This document shows positions 1 through 13,778 of a stretch of DNA of 64,000 bases, piece by piece. The translations under genes were made by a program, and so were the position numbers. The notes below the pieces were generated by a model. It did no database searches, was not told the DNA's origin, and worked only from the letters and a program-made list of their open reading frames with translations. Location: positions 1-64,000 of the forward strand of contig JAQGDQ010000971.1 of the NCBI GenBank assembly GCA_030141605.1. Reading direction: 5' to 3'. The stretch's first letter is position 1. The number at the start of each line of letters is the position of its first letter. This DNA comes from Tubiluchus corallicola. Its lineage: Eukaryota > Animalia > Priapulida.

Positions 1-1022
1 AGTGAATTTAGCCTAATAAGTCTGATGACCAACCATAATTCGCTGATATCAAAATGATATCAGATCAATAAAAGGTATTTTATTGATCTGAACTGTATTT
101 TTATGTAAATTTTTATCACTTACTGTCTCACTAACTTACTAATTAAAATTATAATTCTGTAATCGTCTGGCTTTTTAGATAATTTGTACAACGGTACAGT
201 GTACGATACTTTCTGTTGTCTAGGTTTTATATAACAGTATCACTGTTCTTATGAACATGAAAGTGCACGCATACACAAAATGTATTTGTAGTTTATAGGT
301 TTCATAGGTCCGGTACTTGTGCAAAGTTTGAATTACACAAATTAACAACAGTATTTTTGGAATGAGAAAAAAGAAGTACTACTGTATCTCTATGTAAAAA
401 TGGAAATTTTGAGTTACAAAAACACAGGTGACCATCTGGTAGACAGTAATGTAGCTTGGTAATAGTTTGACGGATTGACATTAATAATGAGGGATTGAAA
501 AGCTTGAATTTTTGCGCGTTAACTACTGAAAAATCATTGGAAATTTTGTAAATAAAAGTAGTTTTGAAGGTTGCCCAGCTTCTGAATTGGAAAACAACCT
601 GCTGTGATTTTATTATTATTATTTTATTATTATTTATCAAACGACGGGTCGTTGCTGGAAGTTACAATCCGCTCACTACCGACTTGATTGTTTTAAAACC
701 TTTTTCTCAAACAGAATAATTAGAATCTGGAATCAACTCCTTGAATCTGTCGATGGTAACCCCTTGGTCTGTGCTCAGAGTAGGAAAGTTTTTAAAAACG
801 TTTAAAAGACGTAAATCTTAATAATTATTTATCTTTTAACAGGCATAAGTAAGTAGCATTGGTTCTTTGTTCTTATAACCGTAGTCTTTTAATTAGCCAT
901 TTTTATATGTAAAAAAATTATTCTGTGCTGTATATACGTTTTATTTTGCTTTCAAATTTTATACATTTTTAAAATATTTTTAACATTTTTAAAATATTTG
1001 TTTAAAGATTATGTGTTAATCT

Positions 1023-1265
1023 CTGGCTGAGAATCGCATATGCACATATTGTTTAATAAATGAAATCGAAGACGAATTACACTTAGTTATAAAATGTCCA
1101 TATGACAATGATCTTAGAGGAAAATTATACAATCACATCAATGTAATTAAACCAGAATTTTTCCTTATGAACGATGCTGATAAATTTTTGTTCTTGATGA
1201 GAAGTAATTATTTAGAAGTAATTAAGATATTTATTGATTATGTTCAAAAAGCGTTTTTAAGATGA
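1023..1265 (+). mobile_element. non-LTR retrotransposon ORF2 C-terminal remnant (RTEX-like CCHC region)
   Basis: Translates ENRICTYCLINEIEDELHLVIKCPYDNDLR...KFLFLM...AFLR*. Confidence 0.75.
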
Positions 1266-1754
1266 ACAATATACTATGTTATGATCACATCATTGGAAAT
1301 GAGGCCTGATGAATGACAAGTTATTTTAAATACAAATCATTAAACTTTTCATTTAAATAATTGTTTGTTTGTATTATTTGTTTTAAAATATTTGTTTTAT
1401 CAATAATTGTTTTGTTTATCTGCAGTGTCACTATATTTCAAAATTGAAATTGTATGTATGTCTTGTTTTTTTTCCTTGTGTTGTATGTATTTTTGGCACT
1501 AATTAATATGAAATATGAAATATTAAACAAATGAACATACAAAGGTAATCTGTTTAAATTTTATTGTGCATCTGTTTACTGTTCTAACCTCTGGATCACT
1601 GTTAATCTTGGTAGTGCATTAGAAAATAAAAGAGGCTTACTATTTTGCATAGACGAAGTTTTTTTTGTTCCCCAAATCCTTTGTGTAAATATTTTTTCTA
1701 TTTTTTAAATAGAATTTATTTATTGGTATATACATTGTATTTTAATGACCATAC

Positions 1755-1827
1755 ATAGACATAGACGTAGACGTAGACGTAGACGTAGACGTAGACGTAG
1801 ACGTAGACGTAGACATAGACATAGACA
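1755..1827. repeat. (AGACGT/AGACAT)n microsatellite
   Basis: Direct reading. Confidence 0.9.
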
Positions 1828-2462
1828 TTTTTATTTATCTCAGAATACAAATTGACTATTATTGTTATAGTTATTAATTAAAAAGGATAAATTAAGCATA
1901 AAGGAAAGAGTTGGGGGTGCAGGAGAAAGGGTAGCGAAAGACCAATTGGTCATCAAGTCAGCTACCTTTCTCAGGTTAGTGTAACTTGTAAAAAATTTGT
2001 AGCACTGCTAATTAAAAGGTGTAATATAATTATGAAGTATTATTATTATTATTAAATTATTAATAATTATTAAATTTATGGGGGAAGAAATTAAACTTGA
2101 AAGCGAAATAACTAAATAGGCTATGCAACAAAGAAGCATTAAAATAAAATGAAAAATATGAAATGATGATTAACAAATTATGTAAAGTATTTAACTAACC
2201 GATTAAAACATAAAACAAACTAGAAAAAGTCAAACCAAAAAAAAATAAAACATAAATAATAAATCAGTGAAGGAAACAAAATATGCATGATAAAATCAAA
2301 CTAAATATAATGAAACAAAAATATGCAATAGTGTTTAAACAAATTATGTTAAGCATAATGATAAATACAGCAAAACAATAACAAAGTACAAAAATATACA
2401 AAGCAAAGCCTTTACAGTATAGCTCTAGTTGCCGAAAAAAACAGGTAACAAAATAACAAATA

Positions 2463-2709
2463 TGTATAGGTCCCGTGACCTCCGCGGTCGGAATGTAAAA
2501 AAGATTGGGCATATTGCGATGAAAAAGGTTCGAATCCTGACGACTGTCCCATGTAGAGATTAAAACAAACACGTATAGAGATTGTTATAATTACGAATAG
2601 CATTGTATTATACTAGAAAAAACAACGAAAACTGGCGACATGCAATTTTCGCGCCAATATGCCCAATCTTTTTTTACGTTTCGACCTCTGAGGTCACGGG
2701 ACCTCTACA
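2463..2709. mobile_element. MITE with ~55-60 bp imperfect TIRs
   Basis: tgtataggtcccgtgacctc...aaagattgggcatattg pairs with caatatgcccaatcttt...gaggtcacgggacctctaca. Confidence 0.75.
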
Positions 2710-3213
2710 AAATATATATAATGCTAGTATTAATTTGATTTGATCACTATTTTAACATTAATCTGATTAAGTAAGATTTTCATTTGTGTTTTATTTACTA
2801 TTCTATGGTACTTGTTATGTACTGAAATAAACTCGAACTGAACAAATGATAAATAATCCCGAATAAAATTTCAACGAGATCCTGCTTCTTGTTGCTTTAT
2901 CCTCCTTGATCAACATCTAATTCCATATGGTGCGTACACAGCTCGAGATTGTAGTCGTTTTTTCTTTCTGTTTCAGTAACTGCCCCGCATCGGACGAGAT
3001 TTTCTTCCATTTGGAATGATTGATGAGGAGATGAAATGACAGAGAGGCGGAACGAGCTGCTGCTCCAACATGCATCTACAGTGCAGCTTTGTATCGAACG
3101 GTGCTGCCGGATTTGATATGATACAACGCAGAGGTTTCGGGTTAATTAGTACGAGCAGTCGTCACCAGATGTAGCTGTGACTCGAGGAGGGGAACTCGGA
3201 TCAGAAATACAGC

Positions 3214-3600
3214 CTGTTGAGAACGATTAGAAATGACACGTTTCATGGAAATCTTCTAAGGAAAGTTTTAAATGAAGATTTATACACTAGAAGGAAGGAA
3301 ATTCCTTGGAGTTCAGAAATCAAGATCCGAAGATTAAGATGGCTAAGATACCTCTTCTAGGATTACCAAATGAAACACTAGTAAGAATATCCTTAAAGAA
3401 AGCCTTAAAACCTTGCAAAAAACTATCTTGCAAAAACAACATGGATAGCTAAGATAAGTAAAGATGTTCAACAACTTCAACCAAATCTATCTTTAGGAGC
3501 AAAAGAACTTACGATGTTAGCAGCAGAATGGAGTGGGTGGAATACTCTGATAAATGATAATGCCTCGTTGTCTACAATAGATGGAATGCGACTTTGAAGA
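3214..3600 (+). mobile_element. degenerate RTE-clade LINE 3' end
   Basis: Translates NEDLY..KEIPWSSEIKIRRLRWL / RLPNETLVRISL / KTTWIAKISKD, with frameshifts. Confidence 0.7.
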
Positions 3601-4510
3601 AAGAGACCAGTGTAAAAAAACCACAATGCTGAACAGTGGACGTTTGGACAATGAGGGAGCTGCTTTTCAGTGGACGCTAGTTTGAGACCCATCCTACGTA
3701 GTGAATAATGGGAAATTAAAAATCCCACTTAAACTCACTGATAAAAACAAAACATTTACAGTAGTTAAGGCCTGTCACTATAAGTAAAATTATTCTTATC
3801 ACCATCGTTGCCGTGGCTGTAACCATGCTGTTCTTTTACATAAAGGGTTTTTCTTTTGACTTTGCGCAATTAATATAAGTGTGGTATGGAAACTTGTCCA
3901 CACGTACTGTGTAGAACAGAAAGGGTAATCATGTCCAACAGTTTATAGTTCTTCAAAAAAAGAGTTTGCTTTTTTAATGTTTTTGTATTTTGTATTTTGT
4001 AACAGATTTTTTTGTAAAAATTGCCGCATCTTTAGTCATCTTTAAAATCATCTTTAATTTACAATTGTAGTTGTCGACAGCTACTTGTTCATATTTATTT
4101 ATTTTTAGTTTAGTTTATTTTAGATAAGTTTGTTTACAAAATGCCATTGATGAATGTACATAGGTCACATACATACAAAGCCAAAGTAGTTTAAAATACA
4201 TGACGTGAAGGCTATTTTTAGATTGATATTGCAATTATGATGCAACTATATTTCTATTTTTTAATTTTAGCAAAATTATTTCGATTTAAATTTTTGATTG
4301 ATGTTTCATTTGCTTGAGGGAAAATTTCGGTCGGAAATTTTGTTGTCAACGAGCTGTTTCCAATGTCCACCGCAAAAGGCCAGTGTCCACTGCACTGACC
4401 AAGTGTCAGTTGCCCAAAAGCTAGCTGGCCAAATGTCGTGCTGAACTAAGTGTGCCCAAGTGTATTTCAAATAGTTCCAAGTATCGTGTGCAAGAAAAGT
4501 TCCTAATCTT

Positions 4511-5208
4511 GAGATGACATAGCAATATTTGTTTCCAAGTTTTTAGCAGTTCCGTCAGGTCATCCAGTTTGTCTGAACTTGAGATGACATGGCAATATTT
4601 GTTTCCAAGGTTTTAGCAATTTCGTCAGGTCATCTAGTTTGTCTGAACTTGAGATGACATGGCAATATTTGTTTCCAAGGTTTTAGCAATTTCATCAGGT
4701 CATACTGTTTGTCTGAATTTGAGATGACATGGCAATATTTGTTTCCAAGGTTTTAGCAATTTCGTCAGGTCATCCAGTTTGTCTGAACTAGAGATGACAT
4801 GGCAATATTTGTTTCCAAGGTTTTATCAATTTCATCAGGTCATCCAGTTTGTCTGAATTTGAGATGACATGGCAATATTTGTTTCCAAGGTTTTAGCAAT
4901 TTCATCAGGTCATACAGTTTGTCTGAATTTGAGATGACATGGCAATATTTGTTTCCAAGGTTTTAGCAATTTCGTCAGGTCATACAGTTTGTCTGAATTT
5001 GAGATAACATGGCAATATTTGTTTCCAAGGTTTTAGCGATTTCATCAGGTCATCCAGTTTGTCTAAATTTGAGATGACATGGTAATATTTGTTTCCAAGG
5101 TTTTAGCAATTTCGTCAGGTCATCCAGTTTGTCTGAACTTGAGATGACATGGCAATATTTGTTTCCAAGGTTTTAGCAATTTCGTCAGGTCATCCAGTTT
5201 GCCTGAAC
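4511..5208. repeat. 70-bp minisatellite, 10 copies
   Basis: Unit gagatgacatggcaatatttgtttccaaggttttagcaatttcgtcaggtcatccagtttgtctgaactt recurs every 70 nt. Confidence 0.97.
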
Positions 5209-5569
5209 ATAGAAGGCTTTGTAGGCCTAAATGTTCTCTCTGTAGGCCGAATCACCTTTCAGTAATGCGCTGCCTGCACTGGTTGCGCTAATGTAAGACA
5301 GACGTATTTTTAGGGCCCCCTCCTCAAAGGTCAACTCCTTCCCCCATTGTCAACACCACACCCCCACTGCTTTTCCCATTGTCAACACCACACCCACCAA
5401 AACTGAATTTTTCTTGTACAATATCATAATAAAGTATAACGGTGCATGTGCGGGGCTTTTACATGCATTATAATGTACTAATTAAGTGTGGCTAATTACC
5501 TATCTGCATTAAGTGTAGCTAATTATCTATCTGCAGCTTATGACTGAATTTGAAATAGAATTTATGGCT

Positions 5570-5690
5570 CCATTGTACGTCTTTAGGAGCAATCAAATTT
5601 CTGTAATAATTTCTGCTACTTTCGGCTACATTTCCCCCATTTCATCAGAAAAAAATCGAAATTTCAGCTCCACTTTTCACGCATAGATCC
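5570..5690. repeat. dispersed repeat fragment, second copy at ~12608-12735
   Basis: Shared ccattgtacgtctt..ttaggagcaatcaaatttct..aatttctgct..ttttcacg. Confidence 0.7.
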
Positions 5691-6056
5691 GTTTCACTAG
5701 CCCCAGCCATTATTTCCTCCACAACCGTAACTTTGGTCTTGTTACGAATAGTTCATTAGCGAATCTTTTTGCAGTTCATTGTCTGCCAGCTTTTTACTTT
5801 ACCTTTCCTTACCCTTCCGAAGTGTTCGGTACTTATAGATTTACCTGCCATAATTAGATAAAGAATTGGATTAGATTAGAATTACATAATCCTATTGCAA
5901 GAAACATTTTTTATCAAATTTAATGAGTCGTTATTTTCTCTGCTGTCCTGTACATACAGTATAAACTGTATATAATGTTTGTTTCAAAATGAAAATATAA
6001 ATAACATCGAGACGAATCTAAACCTTCTTGTCCGTTCTGCTTCACACACACACAAT

Positions 6057-6250
6057 TATTAGCCGACGCCATCCTACAACAATGCTACAAGTGCTGCCAT
6101 CTACAAGTGACAATGCATACCTTACAGTACGGCCTGTTATACGGGACTGAATCTGGAACCATGTGTAATCTTCACGACATGCTGACTATTAGCTGACGCC
6201 ATCGTACAACAATGCTACATGTGCTGCCATCTACAAGTTACAATGCATAC
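6057..6250. repeat. local ~65-bp direct duplication at 130-bp spacing
   Basis: tattagc(c/t)gacgccatc.tacaacaatgctaca.gtgctgccatctacaagt.acaatgcatac occurs twice. Confidence 0.85.
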
Positions 6251-6839
6251 TTTGACGCATCAGTAATATCTACATCAAATATGTAATCTTACGCTTGTTC
6301 ATGAGATAAGAACACCATGTTTTTTTAGGTGACACATTAAAAATTTATTTTTAAAATCATATATTTATTGTCCATATAATTACAAGATGAATCACTTCAC
6401 GACATCTGTATATACATAACAAAAACAAATCTTACAACATTAAGTGAATACATTAATAGGAGCATTAATAATAAGTTTTAAAAGTTAGTGAAGACACATT
6501 GACACGTGGTGAGTTAGGGCTGATAGTTTCTGGTATAAGTTTACAACATTTTTTGTTCTCATTAAGAGGGAAGATGGGGAATCTTAAATTACATTTCAAA
6601 AATACTTTCCATACAAAGTGATATTGTTTAGCAGTGCGCTTGCTTGTTTGAAAGACTTATGTAATTGGAAGAGAAAATTCTTAGTAAATTAAAAGGTTCG
6701 CGCCAACTGGTAAAATGTCACTGTTTGACTATCCCAATGTGCACTGCTGGCTCACCAAAATTATTAATGTTATTGATGATATAAAGTAATTTAGATTTTT
6801 GCTTAGTTAGCGAAGCGTGGGCTACGAAATATGTGCTTT

Positions 6840-7097
6840 TTTTCAAACTTTACGCAGTGTTATCTTATTTCAAACGATTTAACCTTAAAATGACTGCGCG
6901 GGAGTTTAAATTTACAAGTTTTTTACAGGGTTACTGCAAACGCAAGCCCTGTATGCAATAACGCAGCAAAATAAGAGGAATTTTTCAAACTTTACGCAGA
7001 ACGATTCAACCTTAAAATGGCTGCGCGGGAGTTTAAATTTACAAGTTTTTACAGAGTTACTGCTAACGCAAGCCCTGTATGCAATAATGCAGCAAAG
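6840..7097. repeat. tandem duplication of ~120-140 bp
   Basis: tttcaaactttacgcag...ctgcgcgggagtttaaatttacaag...cgcaagccctgtatgcaataa occurs twice. Confidence 0.85.
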
Positions 7098-7722
7098 TAG
7101 GTGTATTTATGAAGAGTGTTTTCCTGTGTTTTAAAGCCTGGACAATTTGAAGAAATTTACAAAAAGTCACTGTATTCAAAACAGTATCTTCTAACGTAGG
7201 AAAATACTACAGATGTGCAAATATTTGAAATAGTTTTCCGCGTTTATATGTGTTTAGGCTGGTTTTGTTGTAATTTCTTAACAAAAATATGGAAGACGGT
7301 AATATTCTGAATATTCAAAAACTTTGTCACGTAATACATGATCCTCTAAAATCGTAAAATATTAACAAAATAACATCAGACTTATTAGCGAAATGGAAGA
7401 CTGTAGATAGAGCTTATATTCACTTATTGAAAAATAAATTTAAACGAAAAATACACCAATAACAAAACGTATTTTTAACAATTAACTTAAAAAGTTGATG
7501 CTTTGTTTGAGCAAGCGAAATTAAAGACTAAAGATTAAAGGTAAATTTGCAACACCGACACACAGCATTACGACGCGGCATTAAAAATGTTAAGAGACGG
7601 TAATCTGTAATTATTAAGGATTCTGCTGCACTCATAATCTACTATCAAAATGTGTCTAGCGGAACACGAAAAATGTTTGACCAGAAGTCTAAAATTTTGT
7701 TTTTTGTTATTGTGATTAATCG

Positions 7723-8099
7723 AATTAATGGAGACTACAATCATGTATAAATCAATAGAATCGGCGATTGAACAGTATTTCATTTAATCGAGAGTAAAAT
7801 GTACATGTTACCCACTGACTAAAAGGCAGTGTTTAGTACAAATAAACAGAATCCTTGCATTTTTTCTTCGTTTTTCTCACCTTACACAATGCGCACAATT
7901 GCGAATTACAGTGTTGCAAACTGGGAACTTCAAATTCGCTTTCACGTGACGTGTGTAGTGACGTAGTAATGACGTGTAGTAGTGACGTGTGTAGTGACGT
8001 AGTAATAGAGTAATTAATGAATGTTCGTGTCTCTAAGAATATTTTTGCTAGTACAAAAATGACAGACAGTGACGAAAGCTGTGAAGAAGTCTAGAGGCT
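7723..8099. repeat. ~380-bp direct repeat, copy 1
   Basis: Closely matches 9220-9603. Confidence 0.9.
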
Positions 8100-9219
8100 G
8101 TATTTCAGTGCTGCAATGTTTGAAAATATTAATAAAACTAAAAAATTACCGCAAAAGATTAATCGTGATATCGAATTGCAAGAACAAGATTGTAGTCGAA
8201 TTACAAAATTTCAAGATCGCTCATCACTATTTTGTTGAAAATCCAAGTGACAAGTGTTATGGTCTAGTCTGCCGCAATATAACCCGCAGGAAGGTATATT
8301 GAGAATCTATAGGGCAGTTTCATTTTATAAACTCGTTTTGATGTTAATTTTTAAAATACAATTTAGAATTTTAAATTATGTTGTTAGTAACTATTTGTCT
8401 TAGTGCTTCTAGTATCAGAACAGAATCTACGTACAGTGAACTGTATGTTCATTGAAGTTAAATTTGCGATAAGCCAGTGCTGAATTTTTGCCAATCAAAA
8501 CGTTCAGCCGTCAATTTGATAACATTCTAAACCAGCGATATCGGATGTAGTCTGCCAATCATGAGCCTGTTGCTATAGCAACGCTGCCAGGATGCATGCA
8601 TGGTTGCCATCAGCCATTAGATGACTGATTGAAAGATAGCTAGCTGCTTAAAACAGCTTTCTTTAGTTCAAATGTGTTCCTTACACAAAAAATTAACCCG
8701 ATTAAGACACGTGAATTACAGAAATGTAAATGATTTTAAATTTTGTACGTGTTTCTCAATGCTATATAGAAACTTACTAATTCGTAATAAAATTTTACAT
8801 ATTAATAATTTTGAGACACGAGTTGGAAAAGAAGAAAATATTTTTTTATCCTCTGGTGAAAAATGACAATCTCTTTTATATTTTACAGCAATAATGTTTG
8901 AAAGTATGAAAATAATAAATCAATAAAGAATTGAATTAAATTAAGTCGCCATTATGCAGAGCACGTTCAATGAAAATTGGTCTGAAACGTGCTGTGAAAA
9001 ACTGAAAAAAGCAAATGAATTTTTAATTTTTAAGCAAGTTTCTGAAGCAGTTAGAAGAAAGATTGATAAGTTGCTCATGTTTCAGTTTTTAAATTAACGT
9101 TGAAGTTAAAGTGAAAATATCATATCACAACATTTACTGCTACATTTAGAAAAAAATCCACTAATTTTGACCGTTTTAAAAGTTGTTATGAAACCTTTAA
9201 TTTTGTTGCACCATGTCCT

Positions 9220-9603
9220 AATTAATCGAGATTACAACCATGTATAAATCGATGGAATCGGCGATTAAACAGTAATTCATTTAATCGGGAACAAAATACG
9301 TGTTACCCACTGACTAAAAGGCAGTGTTTTAGTACAAATAAATGGAATCCTTGCATTTTTTCTTCGTTTTTCTCACCTTACACAATGCGCACAATTGCGA
9401 ATTACAGTGTTGCGAACTGGGAATTTCAAATTCGCTTTCACGTGACGTTTGTAGTGACGTAGTAATGACGTGTAGTAGTGACGTGTGTAGTGTGTAGTGA
9501 CGTAGTAATAGAGTGATTAATGAATGTTCGTGTGTCTAAGAATATTTTTTGCGAGTACAAAAATGGCAGACAGTGACGAAAGCTGTGAAGAAGTTTATAG
9601 GCT
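9220..9603. repeat. ~380-bp direct repeat, copy 2
   Basis: Closely matches 7723-8099. Confidence 0.9.
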
Positions 9604-9654
9604 ACATAGACTAGCTGTTATGGCTGCTTTGTAAATTACACGTAAACTGATTAG

Positions 9655-9660
9655 TTTATT
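9655..9660 (-). terminator. candidate Hox2 polyadenylation signal AATAAA
   Basis: TTTATT on the + strand about 130 nt past the stop codon. Not confirmed by transcript data. Confidence 0.4.
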
Positions 9661-9787
9661 AATTAAATGTGCGTGTTTTGTGTTTCAATTGTAAAACCGT
9701 TACATTTTTTAAATACTTAATGCATGGACATACTTATTAAAATGTGTTAACGAGATCATTGCCTGGTTTTTGGTATAAAATACCTGA

Positions 9788-10725
9788 CTACATTGCGTAA
9801 TATTCTGGCGTTGAGTAATCATTAGTCATATCGTTTAGGATAGTATAACCAATATTATTAGAAGTATCTCTTGTGGGATATCCAACGCTAGTTTGGAAGC
9901 TGTGGCAAGTGATGCTGGTTTCAGGAGAAATGCTGCTTGCTGGTATTATCGTCGTGCAGTCGGGATAGTACCGGGAAAATGAGGTGTTTTCGGTATAATA
10001 CTTCTTCGCTGGAACATTTCGATTCTGTTCTGTGTAACTATTACCGTACTTTACCGTAGTACTCGTGCTTAGGTACGTGTTTATTGTCTGCGAGTTAAAG
10101 TCGTATATCGTTTCACTGTCTGGCTCAATATACGTTGAACTATCTCTGACACTGTAGTCATCATTAACGTCACGAGTGTTACACGACAGGATGACGTCAC
10201 GACGGTCACGGCTGCCTCTTTGGTCGTACGTTTGTTCGTCCGCAATATTGTGAGTTAGTCTTTCACTGCTGCTTGGAGTATTCCTGTTTTTCTCCAGCAT
10301 GGTTTTATACGATTTTGCACTGGGTTGAGTGTCCGTACTGCTGTCCACGTTTGGGCTGAGGACACCGGTGGTCGGCTTTGGCGACTTGATGTCCTGGTTC
10401 TCCGCGCTCGCTCCGGAGGTGTCTGGCGAAAGCCTACAGTGGGAGCTGAAGTCGGAATTGCTGTCGTCACTGTTGCTTGACGTCACTTTATTCTCGTCTT
10501 TGCAATCGTCGCCATGTTTGCTCATCGACTGTCGTTTGTACTTCATTCGACGATTCTGAAACCAAACCTTCACCTGTCGTTCCGTGAGGTCCAGCGAGGC
10601 GGCGATTTCGATGCGGCGGGGGCGACAGAGGTACTTGTTAAAATGGAATTCTTTTTCTAACTCGAGAAGCTGAGTGTTGGTGTAGGCGGTGCGAAGTCGC
10701 CGTGGCGTACCATTCTCCGGAACAA
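9788..10725 (-). CDS. Hox2: Hox2/proboscipedia coding exon 2 (homeobox ~10526-10705 plus Ser/Thr-rich C-terminus)
   Basis: T-rich acceptor with AG at 10727-10726, phase 1, so the junction reads ...HIQQ-V-VPENGT. The homeodomain is [59 protein letters not shown], diagnostic of pb/Hox2. Open frame to TAG at 9790-9788. Total CDS 1263 nt, 420 aa. Confidence 0.97.
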
Positions 10726-10852
10726 CTAAAAAAACAACAATGAAATGATCAAGTCTTGCAGTGCAGAAATGATTTCTACACAGAAAACAAGATGGCGCTA
10801 GTTAGGCCTAAAGGATGGCCAGACATTAATTTTAATTTAAACGTGATTTGTT

Positions 10853-11030
10853 TTAGGTTTGCATCATTAAATTTTGACAACCTGATTCTGGATCCTCCCA
10901 ACACAGCATACATACATACAGTTAGGCTTGGATCATTCAATTTTGACAACCTGATTCTGGATCCATCCAACACAGCATACATACATTCAGTTAGGTTTGG
11001 TTCATTCAGTGCTGACAACCTGATTCTGAA
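10853..11030. repeat. 69-bp tandem repeat, ~2.6 copies
   Basis: ttagg..tg..tcatt.a.ttttgacaacctgattctggatcc recurs. Confidence 0.85.
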
Positions 11031-11875
11031 TCCTCATAAAGACATGTACATTGCAAGATATACAATATTTAGATATTTACAAAAATTAAATAAAATAGCC
11101 AAGTTGAACTTGAATAGTACGGTCTATTTAGGATATGTTAAAGACACGCAAATTTTTAACTAACTAGCAAAACTGGACGGCGCAATTTTACCGTTACGCA
11201 TCTATATTTAGCTCAAAATACTTACAAACTTTTTTGTGAAAACGTCCGTCCCCCCTCCGAATTAATAATATAGTTTTGAGCACATTCAAAAATTTTACAG
11301 CTTAATTCATAAGTTAACTGTTCATCCCCAGCACGATATAATTATAGTATTAAAGGGCCAGTCATTAAAATTAGTGTTTGTTTACAATGGTCCAGTTTTA
11401 AAAAAGAAATTAAGTAAATAAGTAAGTAAGCAATCTTATTACATAGCATAATACATACAATGAAATTTATGTGGTTTTACGTACTGAAATAACTTATGGA
11501 AACAACAAGGAGATCAACACAAATAATTCAATCGGCTGTACAGTGACATTGAGAATTAATATTGGAGATTTACTGAAATTTAGTTTTGATGGTGCGAATT
11601 GCAACCGGATAGAAAGAATTTAAAGTTCTTGTGATTTTAGCATTAATTGAGTGGGTCCTACGACCAGAGATTATTATTACCTGGTATTTATTACCTGGAT
11701 GGAATTCATCTTCCATGATAACTTGCACTCTCTTTATTGAACAGCACTAGACACATACATGCAGACCTAGTCAGTTCAAAATACGCCCAATTCCAGTGAA
11801 ACGACACATAGGAAAATAGATTTCATGTGACATACCAAATGGTTTAAAACAAACGATCGAAAAAAATCGCTATCA

Positions 11876-12135
11876 TCCCTATATATTAATTTTCGTGGCA
11901 TCTGGATATATATATATATATATATGCCAATATATCCAGATATTACGAAAATTACACAGATACCACCAGAATATATATATATATTCCCGGGAAGGACTGA
12001 GGGAGGTACTGGTCATGCTTGGACAGCTCGTTCAACGTTGGGTGTAGTAAGCGTATTTATAATTCTCGAGACGTCCCGCAACGGGCGTTTTCCCGGACCC
12101 AACTCTCGATTTTTTCGAAATTTTGACCAAACACC
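11876..12135 (+). mobile_element. truncated Helitron fragment related to 54973-56552
   Basis: Has an A|TCCCTATATATTAAT start and internal cgtcccgcaacgggcgttttcccggacccaactc.cga.tttttcgaaattttgaccaaaca, shared with the tandem Helitrons. Confidence 0.7.
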
Positions 12136-13030
12136 CGGATTTAAATCGGGAGCTTTTGGGTAAATAAATACATCTTTTTATGTTTTTTGTCTAAATTTTG
12201 TTTAGAAATCGCTTAATAAAAATTACCCGTTCATTAAATGAATCGTTAATTAACAACTGATGGAACCAGTAAAAAGTGCGTATAGTCGAAGATGGGCTTA
12301 GGGTTAACCCTCTAAAGTATTTTCCATTTTCCCTTTCTGGTCTGCTAACGGTTAAATTGTTTGAGCAAATTTGATCAGACGCAATGCTCACAATTATATG
12401 TATACGCATCTTTAATAGGCTACAAAGTAATTTACATTATTAAAAGAAAATAAACTCACTCAGTCAAACAAAATCTAATTACGTAATAACAATAGCACTT
12501 AGTTTTTTTATTGTTTTTTTAACCTCCCTGTAGTACTAAAATTTCTCACAGTGTCGAATTCAATTTCTTTACGTCCACAGGATTTCTTTGCAGGACGTTT
12601 CATAGTCCATTGTACGTCTTGGGTTTTTAGGAGCAATCAAATTTCTATAATTTCTGCTGTTTTCGGGTAAATTTCCCACATTATTTTCATTAGAAAACTT
12701 TTGAAATTTTAGCTCCTTTTTTCACGTATAGGTCCATTTTTTCTTTATGCCACAGATTTCTTTACGTCAACAAAATTTCACTGCAGAACGTTTCATAGAC
12801 AACCAATTTGTCGTTCAGGGCTATCTTGCCTAATCTTAGTAAATATGGACACGTTAGGCTTGTACAATTAAAATAAATCGATTAAATTATCGATCAATTA
12901 GCATACAGAGGCCATGTGAAAATATAAAATATTTCATCGTTTCTACATATCATTACTGAATAAGTTTTTATCCCGAAGCAAATCGGAAAAACATTGACTA
13001 TATCTGTGTTAAGATAAGTCGTACGGCGCG

Positions 13031-13040
13031 TGATTTATGG
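13031..13040 (+). promoter_or_regulatory. Pbx/Hox bipartite site TGATTTATGG (intronic)
   Basis: Exact consensus in a short CpG-rich non-repetitive patch. Confidence 0.35.
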
Positions 13041-13320
13041 GTGATACTCGTACGCTGATAACGAGCGCTGTTTTCCATTGAGCTGGTACCATAAACTACT
13101 AACAACAGTCTTCAAATCATTCCTAACCATAACATCCAACACTAGGTACCCAATTATGGACCGTCTTAACAGTATTACAGGCCCCGGGCAGAGCACTACA
13201 CTGGGACCTGCACAAGGTACCGTCTTAATAGCATTACAGAGCCCCGGGCAAAGCAGTGCACTGGGACCCCTTATCTATGCAACCACTCACAGCGAATTAA
13301 AATGTAAATGGCCGATAAAA

Positions 13321-13695
13321 TTAAAGGAAGATAGGACGATTTTTCATATACTGCCCCATTTTCAAGTCCTATAGTATTCATTTTAATACAATTAATATTG
13401 CAAAAGCGTTGCTGATAGTTAAATAGAAATCAATACAAAATATGTGATTTGATAAATGATGTTAGATGCAAATTTTTTATCACAATTATAGAATTTTATC
13501 GTACTAATCAAGTTTTAATCTTTTTGCGGGCACTTTTAATTTATTTGCACCTGTTTGTGTGTTTATATTGTACTAACCATATACTATGTATTTTCTACTT
13601 TTAGCAGTAATTTTACTTTCTGTACATTGTCGATATATTTTACGATGTTTTTAATGGACATATAAGTCTCTTGACTTCACTTCATAGATGTATTG

Positions 13696-13778
<83 letters not shown>

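Noticed and set aside
4511-5208. Regular 70-bp array as CRISPR-like or coding repeat (also 62281-62760)
   Set aside because: Units are wholly repeated with no unique spacers, 70 is not a multiple of 3, and the context is eukaryotic. The two arrays share only their period.
7723-9603. LTR retrotransposon defined by the twin direct repeats
   Set aside because: No TG..CA termini, TSD, primer-binding site or gag/pol remnant was visible.
9788-10573. Track ORF starting MKVWFQ as a standalone gene
   Set aside because: The start is a GTG inside the homeobox. The frame stays open upstream to the acceptor at 10726.
12460-12474. 15-nt AG..GT microexon candidate on the Hox2 strand
   Set aside because: In phase 1 it reads D-F-V-stop, and the polypyrimidine tract is poor.
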